This document shows positions 48,901 to 57,951 of a stretch of 64,000 bases of DNA, in pieces; within the stretch, counting starts at the first letter, position 1; each line of letters starts with the position of its first letter. A program made the translations under genes and the position numbers. Source of the stretch: Capsulimonadaceae bacterium (GTDB taxonomy: Bacteria; Armatimonadota; Armatimonadia; Armatimonadales; Capsulimonadaceae); assembly GCA_965215505.1 (NCBI GenBank), contig OZ244065.1, positions 1,920,001-1,984,000 on the forward strand, read 5' to 3'. A model generated the notes under the pieces. That model did not search any database and was not told where the DNA came from. It worked only from the letters and a program-made list of their open reading frames with translations.

Positions 48901-49593
48901 GCGGCCCAGCTCCTGCGCCGGGGCCTGCCCGAAGCCGTCATCGCCGAACACGGCGAGTTCCTGGACATGATCGTCCAGGAGGTCAACGGCCTGGACCGGA
49001 TCGCGACCGAGTTCCTGGAGTTTTCGCGCGTGACGCCGCCGGAGATGCGCCCGGTGGACGTCAACGCCATGCTGTCCCGGATGCTGCTGTTCATGAGCGC
49101 CTACCTCGCCGACCAGGAAGTCCGGATCGTTCAGGCCTTCGGGGCGGACCTGCCGGAACTCCCGCTGGACCGCTCGCAGATCGAGCAGGTGGTCAAGAAC
49201 ATCGTCATCAACGCCGTCCAAGCCATGCCGCACGGCGGGACGCTGTCGGTCACCACGCGCCGTCAGATGCAGACGGACACGGTTGAGATGGAGTTCGCCG
49301 ACACGGGCGTCGGCATCCCGGCGAGCAAGATGGACAAGATCTGCGCCCCGTTCTTCACGACCAAGACCAAGGGGACAGGGCTGGGCCTTGCAATCGTCCG
49401 CAAGATCGTCGAGACGCACGGGGGCCGGCTGGTGATTCGCAGCACGCCGGGCGAGGGGTCCGCGTTCGCGATCCAGCTCCCGGTACGGCCCACGCACACC
49501 GGCATGATGCCGCCGTCGCGGACGGAAATCACCGACCAGCGCAGCGACCAGCCGGGCCAGATTTACGAGTCAGAGACTGACTATTCAGACTAA
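45922..49593 (+). CDS. Soluble multi-GAF/PAS sensor histidine kinase
   Basis: Four GAF-like units ending A.QA..AI.NA-type helices, PAS (NILRSI..GVITVD), H-box AHELRNPL, N/G boxes (INAVQAM, DTGVGI, GTGLGL); no TM. Confidence 0.92.
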   Translation: MNTYPDSDGSGATQGGGGEALLRQSALIVADDTRSPLPLLLALASRALGTAQAALFRVGPGDALQLLEGDAAAALRASAAGLLASHRLDDVRRNGRAADCGEGAALLFGASGEPLGVWAAVLPPEGLERWHRLSPALAPFFLIGLRQTLWRDEIEAARTQVERRIREVATVYDIGQAMDKVEIDRLLDMVTEKAAAVMEAQACSLLLKLPESDSLVIAASHGLPDDVVENARIFVGSSIAGRVVETGEPLLLNSLADDPRFHGSSVHSVPDVSSSICMPMKNEDGAVQGVLCIRRRAAAPVFTEEDLRLFSIFATQAGLAINNAQLYARLNHKLQELSTLAALTETITSTLDLDQVLNQVADNIVDVVHFDRCRIYLLDMETGRFSPRIVRGFRRASSDDPDAEVGIGEGVVGMVAQRQSPLLVEHVAQARPGEREYGLALEMEAFYAQPIVARGRCIGVIVVSNTGPQRPIARGDIELLSTFVHQAGIAIENARIIAGQEKRYAELTTLYEVSKTLAATSGVQKAAQTVNDLATQITDSDAGLLLLFDGTQEGLSALHWRGVSDVLGKRLRSFITPVPVSAPARALRAPRLLTPEGAEQVFGPEWRPVFESFLTHHRATALVPLVVDDAAVGFLILGKHGTDYGDQELKLIAVASSQAATVLRSASSYERRIGQRDLELSAVYELMQKVRAATTLEEALSSILDIVASLVWSDESSLLTVDEGGQTMTVRAARGERAEEIVGRGTLPMGGDSIAARALRARTGLIASDILDGGETPRSRSRMAIPLVVAEELIGVLMMESRTPDLYTEDSVMMLHLVASQAATIYREMTSLRNLTRYTDNILRSIAAGVITVDKHGYVVTWNKRAEEIVRLNAGQVIGRHYRQFIKMLQLDRAVREETMHMVELTAQTGKVFTRNQLCYPDARGEETYINLSASQLRSESGDSLGVVVIFEDVTNEVQMKEEVERVSKLAETGQLAANIAHELRNPLSSIKGAAQLLRRGLPEAVIAEHGEFLDMIVQEVNGLDRIATEFLEFSRVTPPEMRPVDVNAMLSRMLLFMSAYLADQEVRIVQAFGADLPELPLDRSQIEQVVKNIVINAVQAMPHGGTLSVTTRRQMQTDTVEMEFADTGVGIPASKMDKICAPFFTTKTKGTGLGLAIVRKIVETHGGRLVIRSTPGEGSAFAIQLPVRPTHTGMMPPSRTEITDQRSDQPGQIYESETDYSD

Positions 49594-49632
49594 AAGACGA
49601 CCGGACTGAGAGACGGAAGGATTCCACGCAGT

Positions 49633-50862
49633 ATGGCCGCAGACACCGCCGCGCCCGCATCGCCGAAGACCAAGACACTGCTGATCGCCGACGATGAGCC
49701 AAACATTCGCCGCGTATTGCAGGCGATCTTCATTAAAGACGGTTACGAGGTCCACGTCGCCGAAAACGGCGTCAAGGCCCTGGAATGGGCGTCCGCAAAC
49801 CCGGTCACGCTGCTGATCACCGACCTGATCATGCCGGACATGAACGGCGTGGAGCTGATCCAGAAGGTCAAGCAGCGCCACCCCGGCGCGGTCGCCATCG
49901 TGATCACGGCCTACGCGACGATCAAGACGTGCGTGGACGCGATGCGCTACGGTGCCTCGGACTATATCACCAAGCCCTTCGACATGGACGAGATCCGGGC
50001 CGTCGTCAAGCGGGCGGTGACGCGGGCGGCCGAGTCGCAGGCGGCGGCGACGGGCGGGGTCAAGCCGGGCGGCGCGGGGGCCGCCCCGTCGCTGCTCGCG
50101 AACGCCGTCAGCCCGGCCATGCAGGAGATACTGACCACGGTGGGCCGGGCGGCCGCGTCGCGCGCCACGGTCCTGATCCGGGGCGAGAGCGGGACGGGGA
50201 AAGAGCTGGTCGCCCGCGCGCTGCACGAGCAGTCGGACCGGGCGGGCGGGCCGTTCGTCCCGATCTCCTGCGCCGCCCTGTCGGAGACTCTGCTGGAGAG
50301 CGAGCTGTTCGGCCACGAGAAGAACGCCTTCACGGGGGCGGCGGCGGAGAAGAAGGGGCGGTTCGAGCTGGCGCACGGCGGGACGCTGTTTTTGGATGAG
50401 ATCGGGGACATTTCGGGGGCGGTGCAGGTGAAGCTGCTGCGCGTCTTGCAGCAGCGCGAGTTCGAGCGGGTCGGCGGGATGAAGACGATCAAGGTGGACG
50501 TGCGGGTCGTCGCCGCCACGAACGGGGATCTGGAACAGCTCATCAAGGACAACAAGTTCCGCGAGGATTTATACTACCGTTTGCAGGTCATCCAGATCAC
50601 GATGCCGCCGCTCCGCAAGCGCGCCGAGGACATCCCGCTGCTGGTTTCGCAGTTCCTGCACAAGTTCAACGGCGAGAACCTGACGGCGGTGGAGGCGTTC
50701 TCGGCCGAGGCCATGATGCACCTGCTGTCGTATCCGTGGCCGGGCAACGTGCGCGAACTGGAGAACGTCGTGGAGCGGTGCGTCGTCATGGCTGACCACA
50801 ACACGAGCGTCGTGGACGCCGCCCTGCTGCCTTCAGTCATCCGGGACGGGAGCATGCGGTAG
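49633..50862 (+). CDS. sigma54-dependent response regulator (REC + AAA+) lacking a C-terminal HTH
   Basis: REC (DD, TDLIMP, KPF), [44 protein letters not shown]; ends shortly after the AAA+ domain. Confidence 0.92.
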   Translation: MAADTAAPASPKTKTLLIADDEPNIRRVLQAIFIKDGYEVHVAENGVKALEWASANPVTLLITDLIMPDMNGVELIQKVKQRHPGAVAIVITAYATIKTCVDAMRYGASDYITKPFDMDEIRAVVKRAVTRAAESQAAATGGVKPGGAGAAPSLLANAVSPAMQEILTTVGRAAASRATVLIRGESGTGKELVARALHEQSDRAGGPFVPISCAALSETLLESELFGHEKNAFTGAAAEKKGRFELAHGGTLFLDEIGDISGAVQVKLLRVLQQREFERVGGMKTIKVDVRVVAATNGDLEQLIKDNKFREDLYYRLQVIQITMPPLRKRAEDIPLLVSQFLHKFNGENLTAVEAFSAEAMMHLLSYPWPGNVRELENVVERCVVMADHNTSVVDAALLPSVIRDGSMR

Positions 50863-50866
50863 GACC

Positions 50867-51027
50867 GGCCCCCACCCCCGGCGCGGACGCCGACCCCTCC
50901 CCCGCAAGCGGGAGAGGGGTACAAGAAAAGAAGTCAAGAGCGCACGCGCTACGGCTCCCTTCCCTGTTCCTCACCCCTCTCCCGCTTGCGGGGGCAGGGG
51001 TCGGCGTCCGCGCCGGGGGTGGGGGCC
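50867..51027. repeat. Inverted doublet (REPIN-like) of a family B variant between convergent genes
   Basis: GGCCCCCACCCCCGGCGCGGACGCCGACCCCTCCCCCGCAAGCGGGAGAGGGGT (50867-50920) and its near-exact reverse complement (50973-51027). Confidence 0.9.
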
Positions 51028-51034
51028 TCCCCTT

Positions 51035-51766
51035 CTACAGCGCCACCGTCTTGCTCGGCCCCGCCCCTAATACCTCGGCGGGGTCGCGCCAGCCCATGCT
51101 CTCCCCGTCGCGCATCATCAGGACCGCGTCGGCCCCTTGCAGCATCTCAGGGTCGTGCGTGACCACGACCACGGTCCCCTGATCCCGGTAGGCCGAGAGC
51201 AGGTCCACGACGAGATGCCCGTTGGCGTGGTCGAGCGAGGCGGTTGGCTCGTCCGCGAAGATCACCTCGGGGTCGTTCATCATCGCCCGCGCCACGCAGA
51301 CGCGCTGCTTCTCGCCGCCCGAGAGCTGCGAGGGCAGCTTGTCGGCCATGCCGGCGATGCCGAGCTGCTCGAAGTAGCCGGCGGCCTTGCGGCGGGCGGC
51401 GGCGTCCAGATTGGGCGCCCCCATCAGGACGTTCTCCATCGCCGTCTGCCAGACCAGCAGGTAGGGCTGCTGGAAGACGAACCCGAACCGCTGCCGGCGC
51501 AGGTCGATCAGGTCGAGGTCGGAATGCTTCCCGTAGAGGTAGTCGCCGATCTGCACGTCGCCGCCGGTCGGGCGCTTCAGGCCGCTCAGGATGTAGAGTA
51601 GGGAGGACTTGCCGGACCCGGACGGCCCCATGATGCCGACGAACCGCTTGTTCGGGATCTCGATGCTGACTTCGCGCAGGGCAAAAGTGCGCCGCGCGCC
51701 GTCATCGTAAACCAGCGAAATTTTGTCGGTTGACAGAATGGAAGTTGACGGAATGGACTCGGGCAC
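51035..51766 (-). CDS. ABC transporter ATP-binding protein (LolD/MacB-like)
   Basis: GPSGSGKS, FVFQ, LSGGEKQRV, ADEPT, VTHD. Confidence 0.92.
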   Translation of the reverse strand: MPESIPSTSILSTDKISLVYDDGARRTFALREVSIEIPNKRFVGIMGPSGSGKSSLLYILSGLKRPTGGDVQIGDYLYGKHSDLDLIDLRRQRFGFVFQQPYLLVWQTAMENVLMGAPNLDAAARRKAAGYFEQLGIAGMADKLPSQLSGGEKQRVCVARAMMNDPEVIFADEPTASLDHANGHLVVDLLSAYRDQGTVVVVTHDPEMLQGADAVLMMRDGESMGWRDPAEVLGAGPSKTVAL

Positions 51767-51768
51767 TC

Positions 51769-52932
51769 TTAGCGTCTTTCTATGATGGTCACGGGATCGA
51801 GCCGGGCCAGCTTAACACTGATGGTGACGACGGCGAACAGCGTGATGAAGACCGGGATGGGCAGCGTGTTGATGTACGAGAGCGGATCAGCCGGATTGAT
51901 CAGCATCCCGCGCGGCTCGAAGACACTCCCCTTCATGGCGCTGAGGGCACCGAAGTTGACCGCGACGCCCACCAGCCAGCCGAGGGTCGTCAGGATGACC
52001 GTTTCGGAAACGGCGTGCCAGACCAGGATGCTGCGGCGTAGGCCGATGGCGGCCAGCACGGCGAACTCGCTGATGCGCTGCGTGAAGTAGATGTTGGACA
52101 GCATCCCGGCCATGAGCGCGACCACGAAGATGACCGCCCCGTTGACCAGGTGCATGATCAGGTACATGGAGGCCAGCGAGTTCCGCAGCGTCTTCACCAG
52201 GTTGTTGAACGAAAGCACCTGCACCTGGAACTTGTCCAGCGAGTCGAACAGGGCGTCCCCCACCCGCCCCTGGTCGGCGGGGTCCGTGGTGGTCACCAGC
52301 AGGGAGCGCGGCACGGCGGCGAGGCTCTCATCGGTGAACTGCTTGGAGGTGAAGGCCATCCAGGTGGGGCCGCGCAGGATGCCGACCAGGACGATCTTGG
52401 CGGGCGCGGCGACCAGGGTGCCGGTGTCCAGCGGCGAGGCGATGACGTCGCCGACCTTGACCTTCTTGTTGCGCGCCAGCCCCTCGGAGATGACGGCCTC
52501 GGGCTTGCCGGGCAGGGGCATCCGGCCGCCGGGCAGGAGCGAGTCGCCCGCGCGTTTGAGCAGATAATCGCGGTTCTCGTCGGTCACGCCGAAGCAGACG
52601 AAGGGGAACGGGCCGAAGACGGTGTTGATGTTGAAGAAGAACCCTGAAGTTTCGATGGTCCGTTCCACGCCGGGCGTCTTCTTGATCTGCGCCTGGATGT
52701 CGGCGGGCACGCGCACGACGGCCTCGCCGGGCAGGGCGGCGGCGATGCGCGGCAGGACCGGCGTGAAGACCTTGGTGTAGTTGTAGATGGTCAGGACGGT
52801 CAGGTCAATCGAGTTGACGATGGTGACGACCGAGGCGATCAGGAACACCGACAGGACGATGACGAAGGCCAGGGGGAGGGTGCGCCCCAGGTTGCGCCGG
52901 AAGTAGGTGATGGGGTTGAGCGGGCGTGCGAT
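51769..52932 (-). CDS. FtsX/MacB-like ABC permease (probable non-canonical start)
   Basis: TM1, periplasmic domain, then 3 TMs with R..EFAVL.AIG; frame open upstream of GTG 52848 to a TAG at 52950. Confidence 0.8.
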   Translation of the reverse strand: MARPLNPITYFRRNLGRTLPLAFVIVLSVFLIASVVTIVNSIDLTVLTIYNYTKVFTPVLPRIAAALPGEAVVRVPADIQAQIKKTPGVERTIETSGFFFNINTVFGPFPFVCFGVTDENRDYLLKRAGDSLLPGGRMPLPGKPEAVISEGLARNKKVKVGDVIASPLDTGTLVAAPAKIVLVGILRGPTWMAFTSKQFTDESLAAVPRSLLVTTTDPADQGRVGDALFDSLDKFQVQVLSFNNLVKTLRNSLASMYLIMHLVNGAVIFVVALMAGMLSNIYFTQRISEFAVLAAIGLRRSILVWHAVSETVILTTLGWLVGVAVNFGALSAMKGSVFEPRGMLINPADPLSYINTLPIPVFITLFAVVTISVKLARLDPVTIIERR

Positions 52933-52983
52933 GGCCGTGGTTCCTTGCTAATGCCGACAGGTGTTGTTCCTCTGTTGTTTTAT

Positions 52984-52999
52984 CGTGAAATGTTTCACG
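52984..52999. promoter_or_regulatory. Palindromic operator candidate
   Basis: CGTGAAATGTTTCACG; shares GTGAnATGTTTCAC with the site at 7124. Confidence 0.4.
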
Positions 53000-53005
53000 G
53001 GAGCA

Positions 53006-53419
53006 TTATACCCCCGATGGGTGCTTCTCCGCATAGAAGCCCAGCGCCATCAGCGCGATGAAGGCGACGACGACCAGACCGGTCAGGACGGTCGCCACGA
53101 TGCCGCAGATGCGTCCGGCCTGCACGGTGCCGCGCTGGTCCAGGGGATCGCCGGCGGTATCCAGTGTCCGCAGGGCGCTGTTGCCCATGATCCAGGCGGT
53201 GACCCCGAAGACGCCGCCGATGCCGCATGCGACGGCCAGGACGATCCCCAGGATGCCGAAGACCAGAATCAGGGTCGCGTTGACCGAAGGCGGGGGGTAG
53301 TAGCCGCCCGGCGCGGCGTAGTACCCGCCGGGCGGGGGCGGCCAGGCCTGGGGCGCATTGTAACGCGGCGGCGGCTGGCTATAGGGCGGCGGGGGCGGCT
53401 GATACTCCTCGTCGGGCAT
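53006..53419 (-). CDS. DUF4190-like membrane protein
   Basis: Pro/Tyr-rich N-terminus; LVFGILG...AWIMG..AL...AGRICGIV. Confidence 0.75.
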   Translation of the reverse strand: MPDEEYQPPPPPYSQPPPRYNAPQAWPPPPGGYYAAPGGYYPPPSVNATLILVFGILGIVLAVACGIGGVFGVTAWIMGNSALRTLDTAGDPLDQRGTVQAGRICGIVATVLTGLVVVAFIALMALGFYAEKHPSGV

Positions 53420-53521
53420 GTCTGTCTCCTTCCTCTCCCAAAGATACCCACTTACCGGGCAGGAAAGCGGGTACATATCAAGGTATTCTAGCTAAACCAC
53501 GCCTCAGAAGGAGCAGCAGCC

Positions 53522-54637
53522 ATGAAAATCGGAGTCGTCCGGGAGATCAAGAACAACGAGAACCGCGTGGCGGCCGTGCCGTCCGGCGTGGAGACTCTGA
53601 CGCGGGCCGGGCACCGGGTCTTCGTCGAGACACACGCGGGCATGGGGACCAGCCTGCCGGACGCGGCCTACGAGGCCGCCGGGGCGACGGTCGTCGCCCG
53701 CGCCGCCGACGTTTGGGGCGAGTCGGACATCGTCTGCAAGGTCAAGGAGCCGCAGGCGGAAGAGTACCCGCACATCCGGGCCGACCAGACCGTGTTCACC
53801 TACTTCCACTTCGCCGCCTCGCGCGGCCTGTCCGAAGGCATGCGGGACACGCAGGCCACCTGCATCGCCTATGAGACGGTGGAAGCGCCCGACCGGACTT
53901 TGCCCCTGCTGACGCCGATGTCCGAGATCGCGGGCAAGATGGCGATGCAGGAGGCGGCCAAGTATCTGGAGAAGCCACAGGGCGGGCGCGGCATCATGCT
54001 CGGCGGCATCCCCGGCGTGCCGGCCGCCCATGTCGTCATTTTAGGCGGGGGGGTGGTCGGCATCAACGCCGCCAAGATCGCGGCGGGCATGGGGGCGAAG
54101 GTCACCATCATGGACGTCAACCTGGAGCGCCTGCGCTACCTCGACGACGTGCTGCCCGCGAACGTCACGACGTATTTTTCCAATCCGCTCCACATCCGCG
54201 AGATCCTGCCGAGCGCGGACGTCGTGATCGGGGCGGTCCTCATCAAAGGCGCGCGCGCGCCTATCCTGGTGTCCCAGGCCGACCTGAAGCGGATGAAGCC
54301 CGGCTCGGTGATCGTGGATGTGGCCGTGGACCAGGGCGGCTGCATCGAGACGATGCACCCGACCACCCACGCTGTCCCGGTCTTCACGGTGGACGAGGTC
54401 ATCCACTACGGCGTCGCCAACATCCCCGGCGCGGTCCCGGCGACCTCCACCTACGGCCTGACCAATGCCACCTTCCCGTACCTGCTGGCCATCGCGAACA
54501 AGGGGGTCAAGCAGGCATTGCGCGACGACGCCGGGCTGGCGAAGGGCCTGAACGTCGCCGGGGGCGTGTTCTTCCTGTCGGAAGTCTCTGACGAGTTCGG
54601 CCTGCCGCTGTCCATGGTCGCCGAGTGGCTGGCCTAA
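53522..54637 (+). CDS. ald: Alanine dehydrogenase
   Basis: IGV.REIKNNENRV, KVKEP, LPLLTPMSE.AG, GGGVVG, DVAVDQGGC, NIPGAVP.TST. Confidence 0.96.
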   Translation: MKIGVVREIKNNENRVAAVPSGVETLTRAGHRVFVETHAGMGTSLPDAAYEAAGATVVARAADVWGESDIVCKVKEPQAEEYPHIRADQTVFTYFHFAASRGLSEGMRDTQATCIAYETVEAPDRTLPLLTPMSEIAGKMAMQEAAKYLEKPQGGRGIMLGGIPGVPAAHVVILGGGVVGINAAKIAAGMGAKVTIMDVNLERLRYLDDVLPANVTTYFSNPLHIREILPSADVVIGAVLIKGARAPILVSQADLKRMKPGSVIVDVAVDQGGCIETMHPTTHAVPVFTVDEVIHYGVANIPGAVPATSTYGLTNATFPYLLAIANKGVKQALRDDAGLAKGLNVAGGVFFLSEVSDEFGLPLSMVAEWLA

Positions 54638-54641
54638 ACCA

Positions 54642-56039
54642 ATGCGCCTCAAGCCCGTCCTCGCCGCCGTCGCCGCGCTGGTCGTCCTTGCCCTCATCAT
54701 ACGGCAGGTGACGCAGGCCGTCCACCGCACGTTTGGGGGTCGGCCCGGCATCGCGCGGCTGGCGCGGGCGACGCCCACCTACCAGAACGGGCTGACGCTG
54801 ATGGAGATCGTCAATGTCAGCCCGCAGCATCAATACAGTTTCTCGGACAAAGGCTCGGAAGACAACGGCGGCTCTTCCCCCTCCAGCGAAGCCGACACGG
54901 GTTTGTGGGTCAAACTGCCGCAAAGTGTCCAGATCCCGATGGGATGCTCGGGCGAGGACTACAGCCCCTGTCGGAACCAGATAACGGCCACGGCCCGTGC
55001 CTCCGATGGCCACGTCATACCTCTGCGCTGGCACACGTCCGCTTCCCGCAGCAGCGACGGCCCGACCTACATCCTCGCCTCCATCCCCGCCGGCTATCCT
55101 AGTGCGGTTCGCTGGGCTGATGTGACCTTAAACGATCACCACGGCGACAGCGCCACCTGGCGCATTCTGGACCTGCCGCCGATGCTGCACGTCCTGGCGA
55201 CGCCGGTCACTCCACAGGCAATGTTCCATCAAGCAAACATTTCGGTGACTGCGAGCGCTTACCGTGGGACTCAGTCGAGTTACAACCACACAAACCCGAT
55301 GATTCTGTTTGATCTGCATGGGACGATCACGGGTGCCTCAAACCATTGGGAAGCAGGGCATTTCACGGAGACGGATGAATGGGAACCGCCACGCTTCGCG
55401 CCGCAGGATGCGGGCTACACGCTGGGGATTAACAACACAGCCAACATAGACGGCAGCATCAAGCTGGAACTGACGCGGCTGCAAGCCGCGGGGGATCGGC
55501 CCGAGCCGTACATCGCCGACGACCACTGGGTCCGGCTGGGCGCGCAGATTCAGGAGTTCGAGACACACGACGAGACGGTGGCATTCCACAATGTTTCGGT
55601 CGTCACGGCATCCAACGGGGGGTTTTATATCGCCGCCTTGGGGCCGCAGACCGTCACGACGCCGAGCGGCATCAGCCTCACTCTGGTAGACGTTCAGCAC
55701 CAGCAGCGGTTGTCGCACGATTGGGGCGGCAGCGGATTCAGCCTGCTCATTCACTACCCGCAGGGGATCAAGTACCCGTCCCTGCCCCGATCCCCGCTCT
55801 GGCGCAGGCACAAAGGCATCATCAGCGTCTCCGTGGAGGTGCCGAAGCCTTACGACTCTTACGGCTCCAGCACCTATGACTCCAGCGCCGGCGGCCAGGA
55901 AGCCATCTACAGTTTCCACGCCAACAAGCCGCTGCCAAAGACTTTCGCCAGTTTCCCGGTCATCATCCGGCAACGGGTTGACCTGCGGGCGGTGCCCATG
56001 ACGTTCACATTGCCGGTGCTGGATAAGGAGCCAACCTAA
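54642..56039 (+). CDS. Hypothetical membrane-anchored/secreted protein
   Basis: N-terminal hydrophobic segment and beta-rich body; 465 aa. Confidence 0.7.
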   Translation: MRLKPVLAAVAALVVLALIIRQVTQAVHRTFGGRPGIARLARATPTYQNGLTLMEIVNVSPQHQYSFSDKGSEDNGGSSPSSEADTGLWVKLPQSVQIPMGCSGEDYSPCRNQITATARASDGHVIPLRWHTSASRSSDGPTYILASIPAGYPSAVRWADVTLNDHHGDSATWRILDLPPMLHVLATPVTPQAMFHQANISVTASAYRGTQSSYNHTNPMILFDLHGTITGASNHWEAGHFTETDEWEPPRFAPQDAGYTLGINNTANIDGSIKLELTRLQAAGDRPEPYIADDHWVRLGAQIQEFETHDETVAFHNVSVVTASNGGFYIAALGPQTVTTPSGISLTLVDVQHQQRLSHDWGGSGFSLLIHYPQGIKYPSLPRSPLWRRHKGIISVSVEVPKPYDSYGSSTYDSSAGGQEAIYSFHANKPLPKTFASFPVIIRQRVDLRAVPMTFTLPVLDKEPT

Positions 56040-56063
56040 CCCCGGCGCGCGCCGGGGTTAGGT
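56034..56063. repeat. Perfect 30-bp palindrome built from family B left arms
   Basis: ACCTAACCCCGGCGC|GCGCCGGGGTTAGGT between convergent genes. Confidence 0.85.
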
Positions 56064-56065
56064 CC

Positions 56066-57031
56066 CTACAGCCCCCGCGTCGGCGCGGGCGCGCTGCTCC
56101 CCTGGCCGTCGCTTCCCTGGTCCCGGTGCAGCACGTCTACCCGGTCGGCTTTGAAGTCGGGGCCGTCGAAGCTGCCGGTGACGCGCACGTCGTCGCCGCC
56201 GCGCAGGTCGTGGACGGAGATCGCCTGGCCCTCCCGGCGGACCAGCAGGCCGCGCTGGACCTTGACCTTGATCTCACGGGCGTCGGCCAAGCGTATCTTG
56301 ATGTCGCGGCTGAGGAACCGGCTGCTGACGGACGTGATCCGCCCGAACAGCACACGGTCGGGAATGGGAACGGCGGCGGGGAGTGTGACCGTCTTGCTCA
56401 GGCTGACCGCGCCCGCCAGGACGCCGCCGTCCGGCTGCAAGCGGCCCGCCACGGTGACACGGTCGCCGGGCTTCACCGGGAAGCGGTTAGGGTCACGCAG
56501 GGCCATCCCGGAGAGGTCGGTGGCTCCTGCCAAATAGATGGTGCGCGTGTGGTTCGCCACGCGCACCACGAACGCCCCGCGCCGCGTGTCAATCGTCTCT
56601 ACAGTGCCACGCAGCTCGATGGCTTCCCCGGCTGCCGCCGCCGCATCCGGTCCCGACGGGACGACCGGCCCGCGCGGGCGGATTGGCGCAGTCTGGGCCG
56701 GTTTTAGGACTTGTAGCTGCGTGACTTCCACCAGCCCGGATGAGACCTGCCGGCCGGTGACGTGAACGCGCATTCCCGGCGAAAGTGTTCCACCCTGGCT
56801 GCCGTCCGGCAGCGTGATGTCCGCCTGCGAGGTGTCAAGCAGGCAAGGCTGCCCGTTGTCACGGTTGACGATCAGCCGGTCGTGGGTGCTGTCCACATGC
56901 GCGACCACGCCGTCGGTCACGAACGGGCGCGACCCGAAAGGTGCCCCGGTCACCTGCGCGGCGCACGGCGCGGATGGGCTGCCGCCCAGACCTACGGCCA
57001 GCAGCGCGAAGCAGAGGAGATGAGTTCGCAT
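56066..57031 (-). CDS. Secreted protein with three OB-fold-like (DUF5666-like) repeats
   Basis: Signal peptide; three G.V..VD...L.PG..V.V.G units. Confidence 0.7.
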   Translation of the reverse strand: MRTHLLCFALLAVGLGGSPSAPCAAQVTGAPFGSRPFVTDGVVAHVDSTHDRLIVNRDNGQPCLLDTSQADITLPDGSQGGTLSPGMRVHVTGRQVSSGLVEVTQLQVLKPAQTAPIRPRGPVVPSGPDAAAAAGEAIELRGTVETIDTRRGAFVVRVANHTRTIYLAGATDLSGMALRDPNRFPVKPGDRVTVAGRLQPDGGVLAGAVSLSKTVTLPAAVPIPDRVLFGRITSVSSRFLSRDIKIRLADAREIKVKVQRGLLVRREGQAISVHDLRGGDDVRVTGSFDGPDFKADRVDVLHRDQGSDGQGSSAPAPTRGL

Positions 57032-57040
57032 GGCTTCTTC

Positions 57041-57769
57041 CTATGAGGCCGCCGTCTCCGCGTTGATGCTGCGGGCGGCCTGAGCGGGGTCGGGGGCGGC
57101 GGTGATGGGGCGTCCCACGACGATATAATCCGCCCCGGCCCGGACCGCCTCGCCGGGCGTCATGACGCGCTTCTGGTCGCCCGCGTCGGCCCCGGCGGGG
57201 CGGACGCCGGGGATGACCAGCAGGAAGTCCGGCCCGCAGGCGGCGCGGATCGCGCCGATCTCGTGGGGGGAGGCGACCAGCCCGTCACAGCCCGCGTCCT
57301 GGGCGAGCCGGGCCAGCGCGACCACCTGCTCGGAGAGCGGGCGCGTCACGCCAAGCTCCTCGCGCAGCGCCTCGGGGCTGAGGCTCGTCAGGACCGAAAC
57401 CGCGATGACCAGCGGCTTGACGACGTTGGCCTGCTCCGCACCCTCTGCCGCGCCCGACACGGCGGCTTTGAGCATGGCGCTCCCGCCGGAGGCATGGACG
57501 TTGAACATCCACACGCCGCGCCGGGCGGCGGCGCGCGAGGCCCCCGCGACAGTGTTAGGGATGTCGTGAAACTTGCAGTCGTAGAACAGCTTGACGTCCG
57601 GCCCCGCCAATGCCTTCAGGTCGTCGAACAGCCCAAAGCCCGCCGCATTGACCAGCTCCAGCCCGACTTTGAACCCCGCCACCTCGCCGCCGACTCGTTC
57701 GGCCAGGCGCAGGGCTTTGTCCGCCGTGTCCGTGTCCAGGGCGACCAGTGTTTTGCTTGCTGCATTCAT
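57041..57769 (-). CDS. pyrF: Orotidine 5'-phosphate decarboxylase
   Basis: VALD, KVG, DCKFHDIPNTV, VLTS, PGVRP, DQKRV.TP, VVGRPI. Confidence 0.96.
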   Translation of the reverse strand: MNAASKTLVALDTDTADKALRLAERVGGEVAGFKVGLELVNAAGFGLFDDLKALAGPDVKLFYDCKFHDIPNTVAGASRAAARRGVWMFNVHASGGSAMLKAAVSGAAEGAEQANVVKPLVIAVSVLTSLSPEALREELGVTRPLSEQVVALARLAQDAGCDGLVASPHEIGAIRAACGPDFLLVIPGVRPAGADAGDQKRVMTPGEAVRAGADYIVVGRPITAAPDPAQAARSINAETAAS

Positions 57770-57844
57770 GGCGCTAGGTTCACCGGGGAGCCGCCCGGCT
57801 CCTGCCTATCAAGAAGCAAAAAAAGAAGGGCGGGGGAGGAAAAG

Positions 57845-57914
57845 GAGGGCGGGGGGACCCCGCCCCTACAGGTCCATGAAACGCATGGCGTAGGGGCGGG
57901 GTCCCCCCGCCCTC
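57845..57914. repeat. Inverted doublet of family A GTAG REPs
   Basis: GAGGGCGGGGGGACCCCGCCCCTAC...GTAGGGGCGGGGTCCCCCCGCCCTC. Confidence 0.9.
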
Positions 57915-57951
57915 TTGATCCCCGGCATTCTACCGCCGGGTATATCATGTT

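Noticed and set aside
45916-49497. 1193-aa minus-strand ORF and other long antisense ORFs (e.g. 25949-27421, 27818-29359, 43452-45395, 2387-3736)
   Set aside because: Shadow frames of well-supported genes; expected in high-GC DNA and lacking recognisable motifs.
52984-52999. parS site
   Set aside because: The half-sites are in the opposite arrangement to the GTTTCACGTGAAAC consensus.
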